A DNA stretch of 64,000 bases from Dehalococcoidia bacterium (GTDB taxonomy: Bacteria > Chloroflexota > Dehalococcoidia > Plut-88900). Location of the stretch: contig OZ240215.1 in the NCBI GenBank assembly GCA_965197585.1, positions 2,496,001-2,560,000 of the forward strand. The letters are read 5' to 3'. The notes under the pieces are model-generated. The model was not told the DNA's origin and made no database searches. It saw only the letters and a program-made list of their open reading frames with translations. Shown in pieces: positions 20,150-30,038 of the stretch. The stretch's first letter is position 1. Every line of letters begins with the position of its first letter. The position numbers were made by a program, and so were the translations under genes.

Positions 20150-21475
20150 CTAGCGGAACGTTACCCGTATGGCCAGCCGAGACTCGTCGGGCTCCCGACG
20201 TGTCACCACCTCAACCTCTCTGCCTACTACGTCGTCTGCAGTGATGCTGCTGGGAAGAATGTCATCCAATTCGGCGTCGCCTATCACTTCGGTCTCGAAG
20301 TCAATTAGCTTGAATACCGCTCCGTTTACGTTCCATTCAATGACCGTGGTGGTTAGACCGGCCTCAAACGTGGACACAACCTCTACCGATTCGACGGTTC
20401 CCGCAAAGTCCTGTATGAAGCCGCTCCCCCGCTCGCACTCCCAGATCAAATCTGTTACCAGGTCAGTGGTGTAGGATTCAATTAGGGATACTTCCTCGCT
20501 CGCAGCCCCGGCTAAGCCGGTCTGGCTAAGGGTCGATTCGCCCTCGGAACCCGGGAAGAGTGGCGGGAGTTCTCCGTTCAGTCGTCCCTCGAAGTTGTTC
20601 AGATACCGGAAGAAGTCGGAATTGGCTTCCAATACTAGTGTGTCCTGCTCGGACAGGGCATTGGAATAGGCCTCCAGGCTCCTTTGGAAGTTGTAGAATT
20701 CAGGGTCTTTGTTGAAGGCGCTCGCGAAGATCTTAACCGCTATCGCCTCTCCACAACCTCTGATTATGTCCGAGTCCCGCATCGCGTTCGCAACAGTGAT
20801 CGTTCTAGTTCTGTCCGCCAAAGCACGGATCCTGAAATCAAACTCGGCGCCTTCCGCTCGGAACAGCGCTGCTTCCTGCTGCCGCTCAGCATTCATCCTC
20901 TGGAATATGCTCTGGTTAATCGTTTCAGTGAAGTCCGCTCTCTTGATCCGCACGTCGATTATCTGGACGCCGATGTCACGCGCACTCTCCCTACTGACGT
21001 CCGTCACCGTCTGAACGATCGTCGGAACCCCGTCGATGGTTCCTGTCCGTCTCTGGTTCAAGATGATGTCGGACTGGTCGTAGGACGCGATCTCCTTTTT
21101 CAATTCACCGGAGATAATGTCCCTGAGGCGGGCGTCGGCTCCGGGAACATCCAGGACCGTTTCGAAGAACTTCCTCGGGTCGGTGATCTTGTACCGCGCG
21201 TAGGCGTCGATGATCAGGTTCTTCTTGTCCAGAGTAATGAGCGTCTCCGGCGGAGCGTCAAAGCGCAACAATCTCTTGTCGAACTTCGTGACCGTCTCTA
21301 TGAATGGCACCTTGGTCTTCAGACCCGGCTCCACCAACTGCCTGTTGAATTCACCAAACCGCAGCACTAAGGCCTGGTCTGTCTCATCCACGGTGAAGAG
21401 AAACTGGGGTATCACTATCAGCGCGATGATTATTAGGACTACAAGTCCGATTGCGTATTTAAGGGCCTTAGGCAT
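20150..21475 (-). CDS. hflC: FtsH modulator HflC with long C-terminal extension
   Basis: TM plus SPFH, TLDKKNLIID, RMNAER, DPEFYNFQRSLEAY. Confidence 0.9.
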   Translation of the reverse strand: MPKALKYAIGLVVLIIIALIVIPQFLFTVDETDQALVLRFGEFNRQLVEPGLKTKVPFIETVTKFDKRLLRFDAPPETLITLDKKNLIIDAYARYKITDPRKFFETVLDVPGADARLRDIISGELKKEIASYDQSDIILNQRRTGTIDGVPTIVQTVTDVSRESARDIGVQIIDVRIKRADFTETINQSIFQRMNAERQQEAALFRAEGAEFDFRIRALADRTRTITVANAMRDSDIIRGCGEAIAVKIFASAFNKDPEFYNFQRSLEAYSNALSEQDTLVLEANSDFFRYLNNFEGRLNGELPPLFPGSEGESTLSQTGLAGAASEEVSLIESYTTDLVTDLIWECERGSGFIQDFAGTVESVEVVSTFEAGLTTTVIEWNVNGAVFKLIDFETEVIGDAELDDILPSSITADDVVGREVEVVTRREPDESRLAIRVTFR

Positions 21476-21508
21476 TCGCTTCGAGCTCCTGTTTATTTGC
21501 TGCGGCTC

Positions 21509-22636
21509 TTATTGCAGAGTCTCGGCCGCCGCAGCATTGGTTGTCTCTTCGTCGGATGAATTCAGGTTTAGGATCGGCAACACGTCTTCTCCCGAAGAGC
21601 TGGACGTGAGCACAAACTCCTTGGTAGCGCCTAGTACCGTCTCCACCGTCTCCAGGTAGAGCCGGTATCGGGTGACCAGCGGTGCCTGCCGGTACTCTGC
21701 GAGTATGGCATCGAACTCCGCGGCTTTACCTAGCGCCTCCGCTACCCTGGCCCTCTGCGAAGCTTCGGCGTTCAGGACTATCTGTTCCGCTTCACCACGG
21801 GCCTTGGGGACAATATCGTTCCTGTAGGCTTCCGCCTGGTTTATGAGCCGTACCCGGTCCTCTCTGGCTGCCACCACGTCGTCGAAGGCGGCCTGCACTT
21901 GGGTGGGCGGGTCCACCGATTGTATCTGCACCCGGACAATCTCCAACCCTGTCCCGTACAGGACCATGAGGTCGGTGAGGATGTCCTGGACCTGGTCTTC
22001 GATCACGCTTCGCTCTTCGGTAAGTACATCGTCCAGAGACCCCTCACCAACTACCTGGCGCAGGGCGGTCTCTGCGGCGTCTCTCAATGTCACCTGGTCC
22101 GGCGACCCGTTGGGGTCGAATACGTTGAACAGGAACGCCGAGGCCCCCCTGTCTCGCCGCGGGACCAGATTATCAGCTTCCAACTGCGTGTTCCCGACCG
22201 ACCCGGGGTTGATACGGGCCTGGATGGCCATCTTCACGTCCACCAGGTTCTCGTCACCCGTGAGCATCAGGGATTCGACAGGGAAGGGAGTTATGGTGGC
22301 AGGAGGCCCGGGGTCCACTACCCGGAATCCAACCTCAAGCCGTCTGATCTCTTCAACTCTCACTTTATCCACTCGCTCAATCGGCGAGGGCCAGTGCCAA
22401 TGTAGTCCCGGGTTCGTCTGGCCTACTTCCTGGCCAAACCGCCTGACTACTCCTAGCTGTCCGGTGTCGACCTGATAAATGCCCGTGCCCAGCCAGATAA
22501 CGAGTATCAGGCCGATCACTAACAGTGCCATTATCAAGCCCAGGCCTCTGAAGCGCCTGCTTATGTTGCGGGCAGCGGGGCCGAAGGCATCGAGCATCCG
22601 GTCAAAATCGCCCCCCCCGCCTGGTCGTCGGGCCAT
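21509..22636 (-). CDS. hflK: FtsH modulator HflK
   Basis: PGLHWHWP, MLTGDENLVDV, AFDDV..ARED, RLYLET. Confidence 0.92.
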   Translation of the reverse strand: MARRPGGGGDFDRMLDAFGPAARNISRRFRGLGLIMALLVIGLILVIWLGTGIYQVDTGQLGVVRRFGQEVGQTNPGLHWHWPSPIERVDKVRVEEIRRLEVGFRVVDPGPPATITPFPVESLMLTGDENLVDVKMAIQARINPGSVGNTQLEADNLVPRRDRGASAFLFNVFDPNGSPDQVTLRDAAETALRQVVGEGSLDDVLTEERSVIEDQVQDILTDLMVLYGTGLEIVRVQIQSVDPPTQVQAAFDDVVAAREDRVRLINQAEAYRNDIVPKARGEAEQIVLNAEASQRARVAEALGKAAEFDAILAEYRQAPLVTRYRLYLETVETVLGATKEFVLTSSSSGEDVLPILNLNSSDEETTNAAAAETLQ

Positions 22637-22702
22637 ATCCTATTCTCCTGGTTCTTGGTTGCTTCCGAGCTAGATTGGTTGTTGCCTTGAAATATGGCGC
22701 TA

Positions 22703-23056
22703 TCAGCGCCCTTTTCGAGCCGGGCCTTGATCGCTGTCGTCGTCATTCAGAATACGGTATTCGCCTTCGGTGACCTTGTCGCCTTCCTTCAGGCCCGAGC
22801 CCCAAATCGACTCCCGATGCTCGCGCACAACCTGCGGCGGCGCGAGCCGTACGAAGATTAGGGAGGCAATTGCAAGGATGAGAAGGTCGTCGAAACGCCC
22901 CACCACGGGGATAACGTCTTTGAGGAGATCGAAGGGGAGGGCCAGATAGCCCAGTGACATGGGCATGGCCAGCTTCAATATCAAAGGTACGCGCTGGTCC
23001 CAGAAGAGACGCCAGACCAGCCTGAAGTTCTTTACTACATCTAGAATTCTACGCAT
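22703..23056 (-). CDS. YkvA/DUF1232 family membrane protein
   Basis: RVP..LKL, YLALPFDLLKDVIPVVGRFDD. Confidence 0.85.
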   Translation of the reverse strand: MRRILDVVKNFRLVWRLFWDQRVPLILKLAMPMSLGYLALPFDLLKDVIPVVGRFDDLLILAIASLIFVRLAPPQVVREHRESIWGSGLKEGDKVTEGEYRILNDDDSDQGPARKGR

Positions 23057-23171
23057 TGACTCGAACGCTAATTATCGCATGGGGTGTCGGAGATGACAAG
23101 ACGAACGTTGTTTGGCCTCAAACCCAGTCCTTTCAACGAAGCGGCAGACTAAAGGCTAGCCCCGAGCCCCG

Positions 23172-23906
23172 TCAAGCCGCCAGGTGCTTCCCGAAGAACT
23201 TCAAGGTGCGTTCCCAGGCATCCTCGGCGTCATCCTCGTTGTAGATGTCGGGCTGGGTGTCATTGAAGAACGCGTGCTGGGCGTTCGGGTAGGACTTCAC
23301 CTCTCCCTCCTTGCCCGTCGACGCCATCGCCTCCCGCAGCCTGTCTGCGTGGTCTAAGGTAATCCATTCATCCAGTCCTGCGTGGACGAAAAGAAGCGGG
23401 CATGACATCTGGGGCGCCATATCTATCGGATTGACTGGGTTCTCCTCCGTCGGCTCTTCATTCACGATCTGGCCGTAATACGACGCCGCCGCCCCGATGC
23501 CCGTGTCCTGGCACGACATCAGCAGTGCATAGCTCCCGCCCAGGCAGTAGCCCACCGCCCCTATCCTGTCCGCCGCAACCCCGGTCGTCTTCAAATATTC
23601 CACCCCTCCCCTCAAATAGCCCATCGCCGTGTCGTAACGCAGCTCTTCGGCCAGCTTGGCCGCCTCGTCGGCATCCTTGGTAACCCGATGCCCGGCATAC
23701 GTGTACAGGTCGGGGGCCAGCGCTGCGTAACCCTCCCGTGCAAATCTCTCCACGAGGTCCTTGATATGCCCATCCACGCCCCACCACTCCTGTATAACTA
23801 TCATCCCGGGATGAGGTTCCCCGAAGGCAGGCCGAGCCAGGTATCCCGTCACCTCTTCCCCACCCAACTTATACGAGATTGTTGAAGTCGTAATCTCTTC
23901 GGCCAT
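23172..23906 (-). CDS. Dienelactone hydrolase family protein
   Basis: IQEWWG, APDLY, GYCLGG, YYG, AQHAF. Confidence 0.92.
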   Translation of the reverse strand: MAEEITTSTISYKLGGEEVTGYLARPAFGEPHPGMIVIQEWWGVDGHIKDLVERFAREGYAALAPDLYTYAGHRVTKDADEAAKLAEELRYDTAMGYLRGGVEYLKTTGVAADRIGAVGYCLGGSYALLMSCQDTGIGAAASYYGQIVNEEPTEENPVNPIDMAPQMSCPLLFVHAGLDEWITLDHADRLREAMASTGKEGEVKSYPNAQHAFFNDTQPDIYNEDDAEDAWERTLKFFGKHLAA

Positions 23907-24065
23907 TGCCCTTACATCCCTCGGCAAGTATCCTTGACGGCTGTTGCGGCTATCCATATAACTACCCCCCACCCTTTTGTCAACCCCGCAATGCCTTAGA
24001 AGTGAGATGCTATTACAAAACTCTCCCGGAGAGAGTTTAGAATTCGTGTTTCCCTATCCCTTTGC

Positions 24066-24195
24066 GAGACCTTTGCATAACCAGTGTTGGAGGGGCTGGG
24101 GCCGCTCGTGCTGAGACTCTCGAAGTATGAGCGAGGGCGGAGGTTAAGTGATCTGGATGGCACAAACGATACATCTGCAGTTACGCAAACGTCCT
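24066..24195. mobile_element. MITE (~130 bp) with GAGACCTTTGCATAAC-type terminal inverted repeats, copy A
   Basis: TIRs at both ends; similar body at 29274-29425 and 50237-50368. Confidence 0.75.
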
Positions 24196-24273
24196 TTGCC
24201 ATAGAATGGTTGGGGTGAGGATGTACCGAATAAAGAGGAATTGTCACGCAAAGGCCTTGGGTCGGAGGAAATC

Positions 24274-24651
24274 ATGCTCAAACTACAGGGTCTGGACCAC
24301 TTCGGAATTGAGGTCAGTGACATGGAGCGCAGCCTCGACTTCTATTCCAAGACCCTTGGCATGGAGTTTCAGACCCGTTTCGGTCACATGTCCGTTATGA
24401 AATGCGGCGACAACGACCTCGCCCTCTTCGAACGTTCAGACCTTCCCCCCGCCACCCGAGAGCTCACCGAACCCCGAGGCCGCGGCCACTGGGCCTTCCG
24501 CGTCAGCGAATCTGACTTCGCTCAGGCCCAGGCCCGCTTCCCCGCCGAGGGCATCCCCATCCACGGCCCCGTCGACTGGGGCGACCACCAGTGCTTCTAC
24601 TTCCTTGACCCCGACGACAACCTCCTCGAACTCATCTCATACCCTGAATAA
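24274..24651 (+). CDS. VOC/glyoxalase family protein
   Basis: LDHFGIEV.D..RS..FY, HWAF, YFLDPDDNLLEL. Confidence 0.9.
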   Translation: MLKLQGLDHFGIEVSDMERSLDFYSKTLGMEFQTRFGHMSVMKCGDNDLALFERSDLPPATRELTEPRGRGHWAFRVSESDFAQAQARFPAEGIPIHGPVDWGDHQCFYFLDPDDNLLELISYPE

Positions 24652-24666
24652 GGTCCTTAACGTAAG

Positions 24667-26160
24667 ATGACAGCAACTCCTTTCGACTGGCGCCGAGCGT
24701 ACGCAGACAAGCTGGTGGACGCCGATGAGGCTGCCCGATACGTCCAGTCCGGCAACGTGGTCCTGGTCACCCGCCACCCCCCGCCCCGACACTTGTTGAA
24801 TGCCCTGGCCGCCCGCAGAGACGAGCTCTCTAGTGTGGTTATCCGCGGCGTCTCCCCCGCCTTCGATCCCGGCTGGTTCCAGCCGGGTTGGCAAGACTCA
24901 TTCCTCCCCATCCCCGAGACATTCCTCGGCCCCGTGGCCCGACCCGCCCTTGACGAGCGCCGCATCGACTACCTCCCATCACCCTTCTCCCTCCTCATCA
25001 AACCCCTCCGGGAGCGCCCCACCGAGTCCCGCGGCCTGGATGTCCTCTTAACCGTAGTCTCGCCCCCCGATAGAAACGGTTTCTGCAGTTTCGGCTCCGA
25101 CCTCTGGGGCAAGCGCCAGTCCGCCAAGTACGCCCGCACCGTCATAGCCCAGGTCAACGAAAGCGCCATACGCACCTACGGCCAGAACTACATCCACGTC
25201 TCCGAGATCGACCACCTTGTCGACTACACCCCGCCCATCCTATCCCCCGAGGAGACAGAGTCCCTCATAGGCCAGGCTGTCGATGAAGAGGCCAAGGCAG
25301 AGCTCTGGAACATTGCCAGCGCGATCCCCAAAGAACGCCTCGCCGAAGTGCTCCCCATGCTGGTAGTTCGCCGGGCCGACCAGATTAGGGAGTTCGGCCG
25401 GGCCAGGGGCCTTGACCGCCCCGCCGAGGACGTCCGCCGCATCGCCGAACACCTATCCGAAATCATCCGTGACGGCGACACTATCCAGATCGGCATTGGC
25501 ACCCCCAGCGCCTACATGCCCCAGCTCGGTGTCTTCGACTCCAAAAAGGACCTCGGATGGCACTCGGAAATGGGCGCCCCCGGCGTTATCGACCTTGTTA
25601 GGCAGGGTGTCATCACCGGCAACCGCAAGACCATCAACCGCGGCAAGGCCATCTTCACCGGCATGGACGGCTGCAAGGCCGATGAAATCGCCTGGGCCGC
25701 CGACAACCCCCTCATCGAGCTCCACGACTCGATACAGGTCCTCAACATATCCCGCACCATCTCCGCCCACGAGAACATGACCTCCATCAACAACGCTCTT
25801 TCCATAGACCTGACGGGCCAGATAAACTCGGAGACCGTATTCGGCTCCCGGCTCTACAACGGCACCGGCGGCCAGCCCGAATTCCACATCGGCTCCGTAA
25901 TGTCCAAGGGTGGCAGGGCCATCACGCTTCTGCGTTCCCGGGCCGTCGGTGGCGCAGTCTCCCGCATCGTAGCCAACCACGACGAAGGCGCCGTCATCAC
26001 CATCCCCCGCACCTTCGCCGACATCATCATCACAGAATTCGGCGTGGCCCGCCTCCTCGGCAAGTCCATCCGGGAGCGCGCCCAGGAGCTAATAAATATC
26101 GCCCACCCAGACTTCCGCCCCGACCTCCAATCCGCCGCCCAAAACCTCTTCTACCCCTAG
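24667..26160 (+). CDS. Acetyl-CoA hydrolase / 4-hydroxybutyrate CoA-transferase family
   Basis: QIGIG, HSEM, INNALSIDLTGQ, GTGGQ, TEFGVA, IAHPDFR. Confidence 0.9.
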   Translation: MTATPFDWRRAYADKLVDADEAARYVQSGNVVLVTRHPPPRHLLNALAARRDELSSVVIRGVSPAFDPGWFQPGWQDSFLPIPETFLGPVARPALDERRIDYLPSPFSLLIKPLRERPTESRGLDVLLTVVSPPDRNGFCSFGSDLWGKRQSAKYARTVIAQVNESAIRTYGQNYIHVSEIDHLVDYTPPILSPEETESLIGQAVDEEAKAELWNIASAIPKERLAEVLPMLVVRRADQIREFGRARGLDRPAEDVRRIAEHLSEIIRDGDTIQIGIGTPSAYMPQLGVFDSKKDLGWHSEMGAPGVIDLVRQGVITGNRKTINRGKAIFTGMDGCKADEIAWAADNPLIELHDSIQVLNISRTISAHENMTSINNALSIDLTGQINSETVFGSRLYNGTGGQPEFHIGSVMSKGGRAITLLRSRAVGGAVSRIVANHDEGAVITIPRTFADIIITEFGVARLLGKSIRERAQELINIAHPDFRPDLQSAAQNLFYP

Positions 26161-26237
26161 CCCCACCGTTATTCCCCACCCCGATCGTGAATCCATCTCG
26201 CGTGAAACGGGATGGGGCCGTAGACTCGCTGAGGCAA

Positions 26238-26281
26238 GTGACATCACCCCCTTGACCTAACTTGTACACTTGTACTATATT
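26238..26281 (+). promoter_or_regulatory. sigma70 promoter with GTGACA upstream box and LexA-like site
   Basis: GTGACA-N8-TTGACC-18-TATATT with GTAC-N4-GTAC in the spacer; same layout at 30795 and 43357. Confidence 0.6.
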
Positions 26282-26365
26282 CATATTCAAATGCCCACCC
26301 ATTTTCACTTTCCCACCACCCCCTCCCGGACACGGCAAAAAACTTTTTCTCCCTTCCAGGCGTCA

Positions 26366-26480
26366 TTCAATCAAACTAGCTACGAATTCAATCACCCTTC
26401 AATCTAGTCCAATCAATCTTCAATCAAGTTCAATCGGCTTTCAATCTAGTCCAATCAACCTCCAATCAAGACCAATCAAT
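26366..26480. repeat. AT-rich 21-nt tandem repeat (CAATC every 10-11 nt)
   Basis: CAATC at 26368, 26389, 26400, 26410, 26421, 26431, 26442, 26452, 26463, 26473. Confidence 0.85.
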
Positions 26481-26565
26481 GCCCACCTTGCCGAACACCT
26501 CCCCCCTAGCTTTCCCCTCCACCCCGTTCTAAAATCTACCGTCTCCTCACTAATACGAACACGCC

Positions 26566-27546
26566 ATGAACCAACACGCCATCCACACCGAGTCCCTCTC
26601 CCGCGATTTCAACGGCGTCCGCGCCGTCGACGGCATCGACCTCTCCGTCTCCGAAGGGGAGATCTACGCCTTCCTCGGCCCCAATGGCGCGGGAAAGACA
26701 ACCCTCGTCAGGATGCTCACCACCCTCCTTATGCCCACCGGGGGCCGAGCCTCCGTCGCTGGCTATGACATCGTCTCCGACTCCATGCAGGTCCGCCTTA
26801 GCATAGGTGCAGCCCTACAGGACGCCTCCCTCGACAACAAGCAGACCGGCCGAGAGCTCATAAAGCTCCAGGGCCGCCTCTACGGCCTATCCGGCAAGCA
26901 GATCGATATGCGCATAAAGTCCCTCGAGCCCCTCATGGACATCGGCCCCGCCATAGACCGGCTCATCGGTACCTACTCCGGCGGCATGAAGCGCAGGCTC
27001 GACCTCGCCACCGCCCTCGTCCACAATCCCAAAGTCCTCTTCCTCGACGAGCCCACTACCGGCCTCGACCCCGTCAGCCGGGCCCGAGTCTGGGAAGAGG
27101 TCCGCCGCGTCAACGCCGACCTCGGCGTCACCATCTTCCTCACAACCCACTATCTCGAAGAAGCCGACAGCCTGGCCGACCGCGTAGGAATCATCAACCT
27201 CGGCAAACTCGTAGCCGAAGGCACCCCCGCAGAGCTCAAGCGCAACATTGGCACCGACATCATAGTCGCCACCATTGAGGGAGATGGCGCCATCTCCGCC
27301 CGTGCGTTGAGGCGCGTCGGCCAAGTCGAGCAGGTCGACATTTACGACAACATCCTGAGCATCGGCGTCACCAATGGCGTCGCGGCCATGAGCGACGTAG
27401 CCCTCGCACTCAGCCGGTCCGGGGCCCGGGTCAAAGAGCTAACCCTCCGTACCCCCACCCTTGACGACGTTTTCCTCCAGGCAACCGGCGCCCGCCTAGA
27501 TGATGAGTCCCCTTCTAATACCCTCTCCCTTGACGGGAGAGGGTGA
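26566..27546 (+). CDS. DrrA-like ABC exporter ATPase
   Basis: GPNGAGKTT, YSGGMKRRLD, LDEPTTGLDP, TTHYLEEAD. Confidence 0.92.
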   Translation: MNQHAIHTESLSRDFNGVRAVDGIDLSVSEGEIYAFLGPNGAGKTTLVRMLTTLLMPTGGRASVAGYDIVSDSMQVRLSIGAALQDASLDNKQTGRELIKLQGRLYGLSGKQIDMRIKSLEPLMDIGPAIDRLIGTYSGGMKRRLDLATALVHNPKVLFLDEPTTGLDPVSRARVWEEVRRVNADLGVTIFLTTHYLEEADSLADRVGIINLGKLVAEGTPAELKRNIGTDIIVATIEGDGAISARALRRVGQVEQVDIYDNILSIGVTNGVAAMSDVALALSRSGARVKELTLRTPTLDDVFLQATGARLDDESPSNTLSLDGRG

Positions 27547-27562
27547 CCGTGAGATCAGACAT

Positions 27563-28366
27563 ATGGCCACGCTAGTCGACGAAAGCACCCAAATCCGAGC
27601 CCGGAAGGCCGGATTCATCAACGAAGTCGCCGCCGTCGCCCGACGCGCTCTCCGTTCCACCAAACGTGACCCCGAGAGCGTTATCCCCGCCCTCATAATC
27701 CCCGTATTCTTCTTCGTAGCTAACGTCGGCGCCCTCCAGGACCTCGCCGAGACCCTCCCCGGCCTCGACTACAAGGCCTTCCAGCTTCCCGTAGCAATCA
27801 TATTCGCCGTTACCGGCATCTCACGCGCCGTCACCCTCGTCATCGATATCCAGTCCGGCTATTTCGACCGCCTCTCCCTGACCCCCGTCAATCGGCTCGC
27901 CATGCTCTTCGGCCTCATGGTCGCCGATTTCGCCCTTGTCGTCGCACTCACCATACCCGTCATCGTCCTCGGTTTCGCCGTAGGCGTCCGCTTTGAAAGC
28001 GGCGTGCTGGGGGTGATAGTCTTCGTACTGATTTCGGGCGCCTGGGGCCTCGTCTACACCGGCTTCCCCTACGCCATAGCCTTCAAGACCGGCAATCCCG
28101 CCGCGGTCAACACCTCCTTCCTCCTGTTCTTCCCCTTCGCCTTCCTGACCACAACGTTCCTCCCCAGGGAGGCCATGACTGGCTGGCTGGCAGCAATCGC
28201 TGCCTTCAACCCCGTCACTTACCTTCTTGAAGCCCTCCGCTCCCTGCTCATGGTCGGCTGGGACCCCGAGGCCCTGCTCAAAGGATTGGCCGCCGTCCTC
28301 GGCGTGGGAGTAGTCAGCATGACCCTCGCCCTCCTCGCCCTCCGAGGCCGCACCCTCCGCCGTTAA
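27563..28366 (+). CDS. ABC-2 type exporter permease
   Basis: Six TM helices, FNPVTY; follows the ATPase. Confidence 0.88.
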   Translation: MATLVDESTQIRARKAGFINEVAAVARRALRSTKRDPESVIPALIIPVFFFVANVGALQDLAETLPGLDYKAFQLPVAIIFAVTGISRAVTLVIDIQSGYFDRLSLTPVNRLAMLFGLMVADFALVVALTIPVIVLGFAVGVRFESGVLGVIVFVLISGAWGLVYTGFPYAIAFKTGNPAAVNTSFLLFFPFAFLTTTFLPREAMTGWLAAIAAFNPVTYLLEALRSLLMVGWDPEALLKGLAAVLGVGVVSMTLALLALRGRTLRR

Positions 28367-28432
28367 CCCGCTCTTCCCCTCCCCTCCTCGATAACCTAAC
28401 ATGCTCCCAGACCCTTCAAAGGAGCCCGACCC

Positions 28433-29224
28433 TTGAACAAGCTCGACTACACCCCCCTCGACCTCCCCCAAATCACCCACTACATGTTCTACCCCCGCCC
28501 CGACTCCTCGCCCCCTCCAACCGGCGCCCTGGACCACACCTTCCCTTCCCATGACGGGGTCCAGCTATGCGGCCGTTTCTTCCCCGAAGATAAACAACGC
28601 CCCACTATCCTCTTCTTCCACGGCAACGGTGAAGTCGCCCCCGAATACGACGCCATTTCCTCCCTTTACAACCATATCGGCCTCAACCTCTTCGTCACCG
28701 ACTACCGAGGCTACGGCAAAAGCCAGGGAGAGCCCTCCGTATCCGCCTTGGTCGAGGACAGCCACACAGCCCTCGCCGCCCTGGAGACGTTTCTCAGCAA
28801 AAACGGCTACGCTCCCTCAATCTACGTGATGGGCCGGTCCCTCGGCGCATACTGCGCTGTCGAAATAGCCGCGGGCGCCCGAGAAAACATCAAGGGCATG
28901 ATCATCGAAAGTGGCTCAGCCAACGTCGGTGGTATGCCTGAAAGGCTCGGCATCGCCGAGACCCCCGTAATCTCCCAGCTCCTCCAGGACCACTGGGCCC
29001 GGGTACGGAGCATCGACACCCCACTGCTCATCATCCACGGAGACCGTGACTTTCTCGTCCCCATCTCCCACCCCCAGGACCTCTACGAAGCCGTCTCCTC
29101 CACCGACAAGACCTTCTTCACCATCCCCGGCGCCGGCCACAACGACATCATGTTCGTCGACACAGACGCCTACTTCCGCGCCATCCGTGACTTCATAAGC
29201 CGCATGGAAGAGACCTCTGCATAA
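28433..29224 (+). CDS. Alpha/beta hydrolase
   Basis: FHGNGE, DYRGYG, GRSLG, HGDRD, GHND. Confidence 0.9.
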   Translation: MNKLDYTPLDLPQITHYMFYPRPDSSPPPTGALDHTFPSHDGVQLCGRFFPEDKQRPTILFFHGNGEVAPEYDAISSLYNHIGLNLFVTDYRGYGKSQGEPSVSALVEDSHTALAALETFLSKNGYAPSIYVMGRSLGAYCAVEIAAGARENIKGMIIESGSANVGGMPERLGIAETPVISQLLQDHWARVRSIDTPLLIIHGDRDFLVPISHPQDLYEAVSSTDKTFFTIPGAGHNDIMFVDTDAYFRAIRDFISRMEETSA

Positions 29225-29273
29225 CCGTCTTTCCCGGGATGCGGAGGGGAAGTCCAGTCCCCTCTCCCTCGAT

Positions 29274-29425
29274 GAGACCTTTGCATAATCTCTCGTGGTG
29301 GGGCCTGGGCCGCTCGTGCTGTCGTATATCCGCCGAGGCGGGAGGCTCTCGAAGTATGAGCGGGGGTGGAGGTCACGTGATCTGGGCAGTACAGCAGAGG
29401 CAATCTGTAGTTGTGCAAAGGTCTT
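29274..29425. mobile_element. MITE copy B, inserted in the loop of a family A palindrome
   Basis: Flanked by CCCCTCTCCCTCGAT and TCGACGGGAGCGGGTGAT; carries a 21-nt internal insertion. Confidence 0.75.
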
Positions 29426-29486
29426 TCGACGGGAGCGGGTGATCAGCGTCTCGCAACACCCGTCAGTCGAAGCCCTACGAAAAGAA

Positions 29487-29954
29487 TCACCCCCCAGACT
29501 CCTCCTCCCGCAGTTTCTCCAACCCTTTAAGCAGCTTCTTCACGTGCCGACCTATTCCCACAACCACGTATTCATGTGCCCCCCGCACCACCCCCGACTG
29601 GTCAATCAGGTAAGCCGTCCTGAATCCCCCAAACACCCGTAGCGAATCGTAAGATTTCCTGATCTTCCTGTCGGGGTCGGACAGCAGGACAGCCTGCATC
29701 CCAAACTCACTGCGGAACTGCGCATTGACCTCGGGGGTGTTGGGACTGATCCCGGCGACTAGGGCGTTGTATCCCTGGAAGGCTTCATCCGCGTCACGGA
29801 AGCCCTTAGATTGGATGTTTCAGAGGATGCTGAAGGCCCCGGTGTGAAAATACAGCACCACGGGTTGACGGCCAAAGTGCTCGCTCAGTCTGAACGTCTC
29901 GCCGTCATGCTGCACCGCCTCGAAATCCGGGGCCCTGGTCCCTACCTTTATCAT
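29487..29954 (-). CDS. BCP/PrxQ-like peroxiredoxin, probable selenoprotein (TGA at codon 45)
   Basis: MIKVGTRAPDF...VVLYFHTGAFSIL-TGA-NIQSKGFRD...GIS...LLSDPD...RTAYLID in one frame through TGA 29820-29822. Confidence 0.85.
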
Positions 29955-30038
29955 TCTCTCTCCCATTTACCTGTTGTTGCCCAATCCTACACGCCGCCGG
30001 GCTGCAGTTCTCTATGTACCTGACGTCTGAACTAGCCC

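Noticed and set aside
26366-26480. CRISPR array
   Set aside because: Units are contiguous 21-mers with no unique spacers, and there are no cas genes in the window
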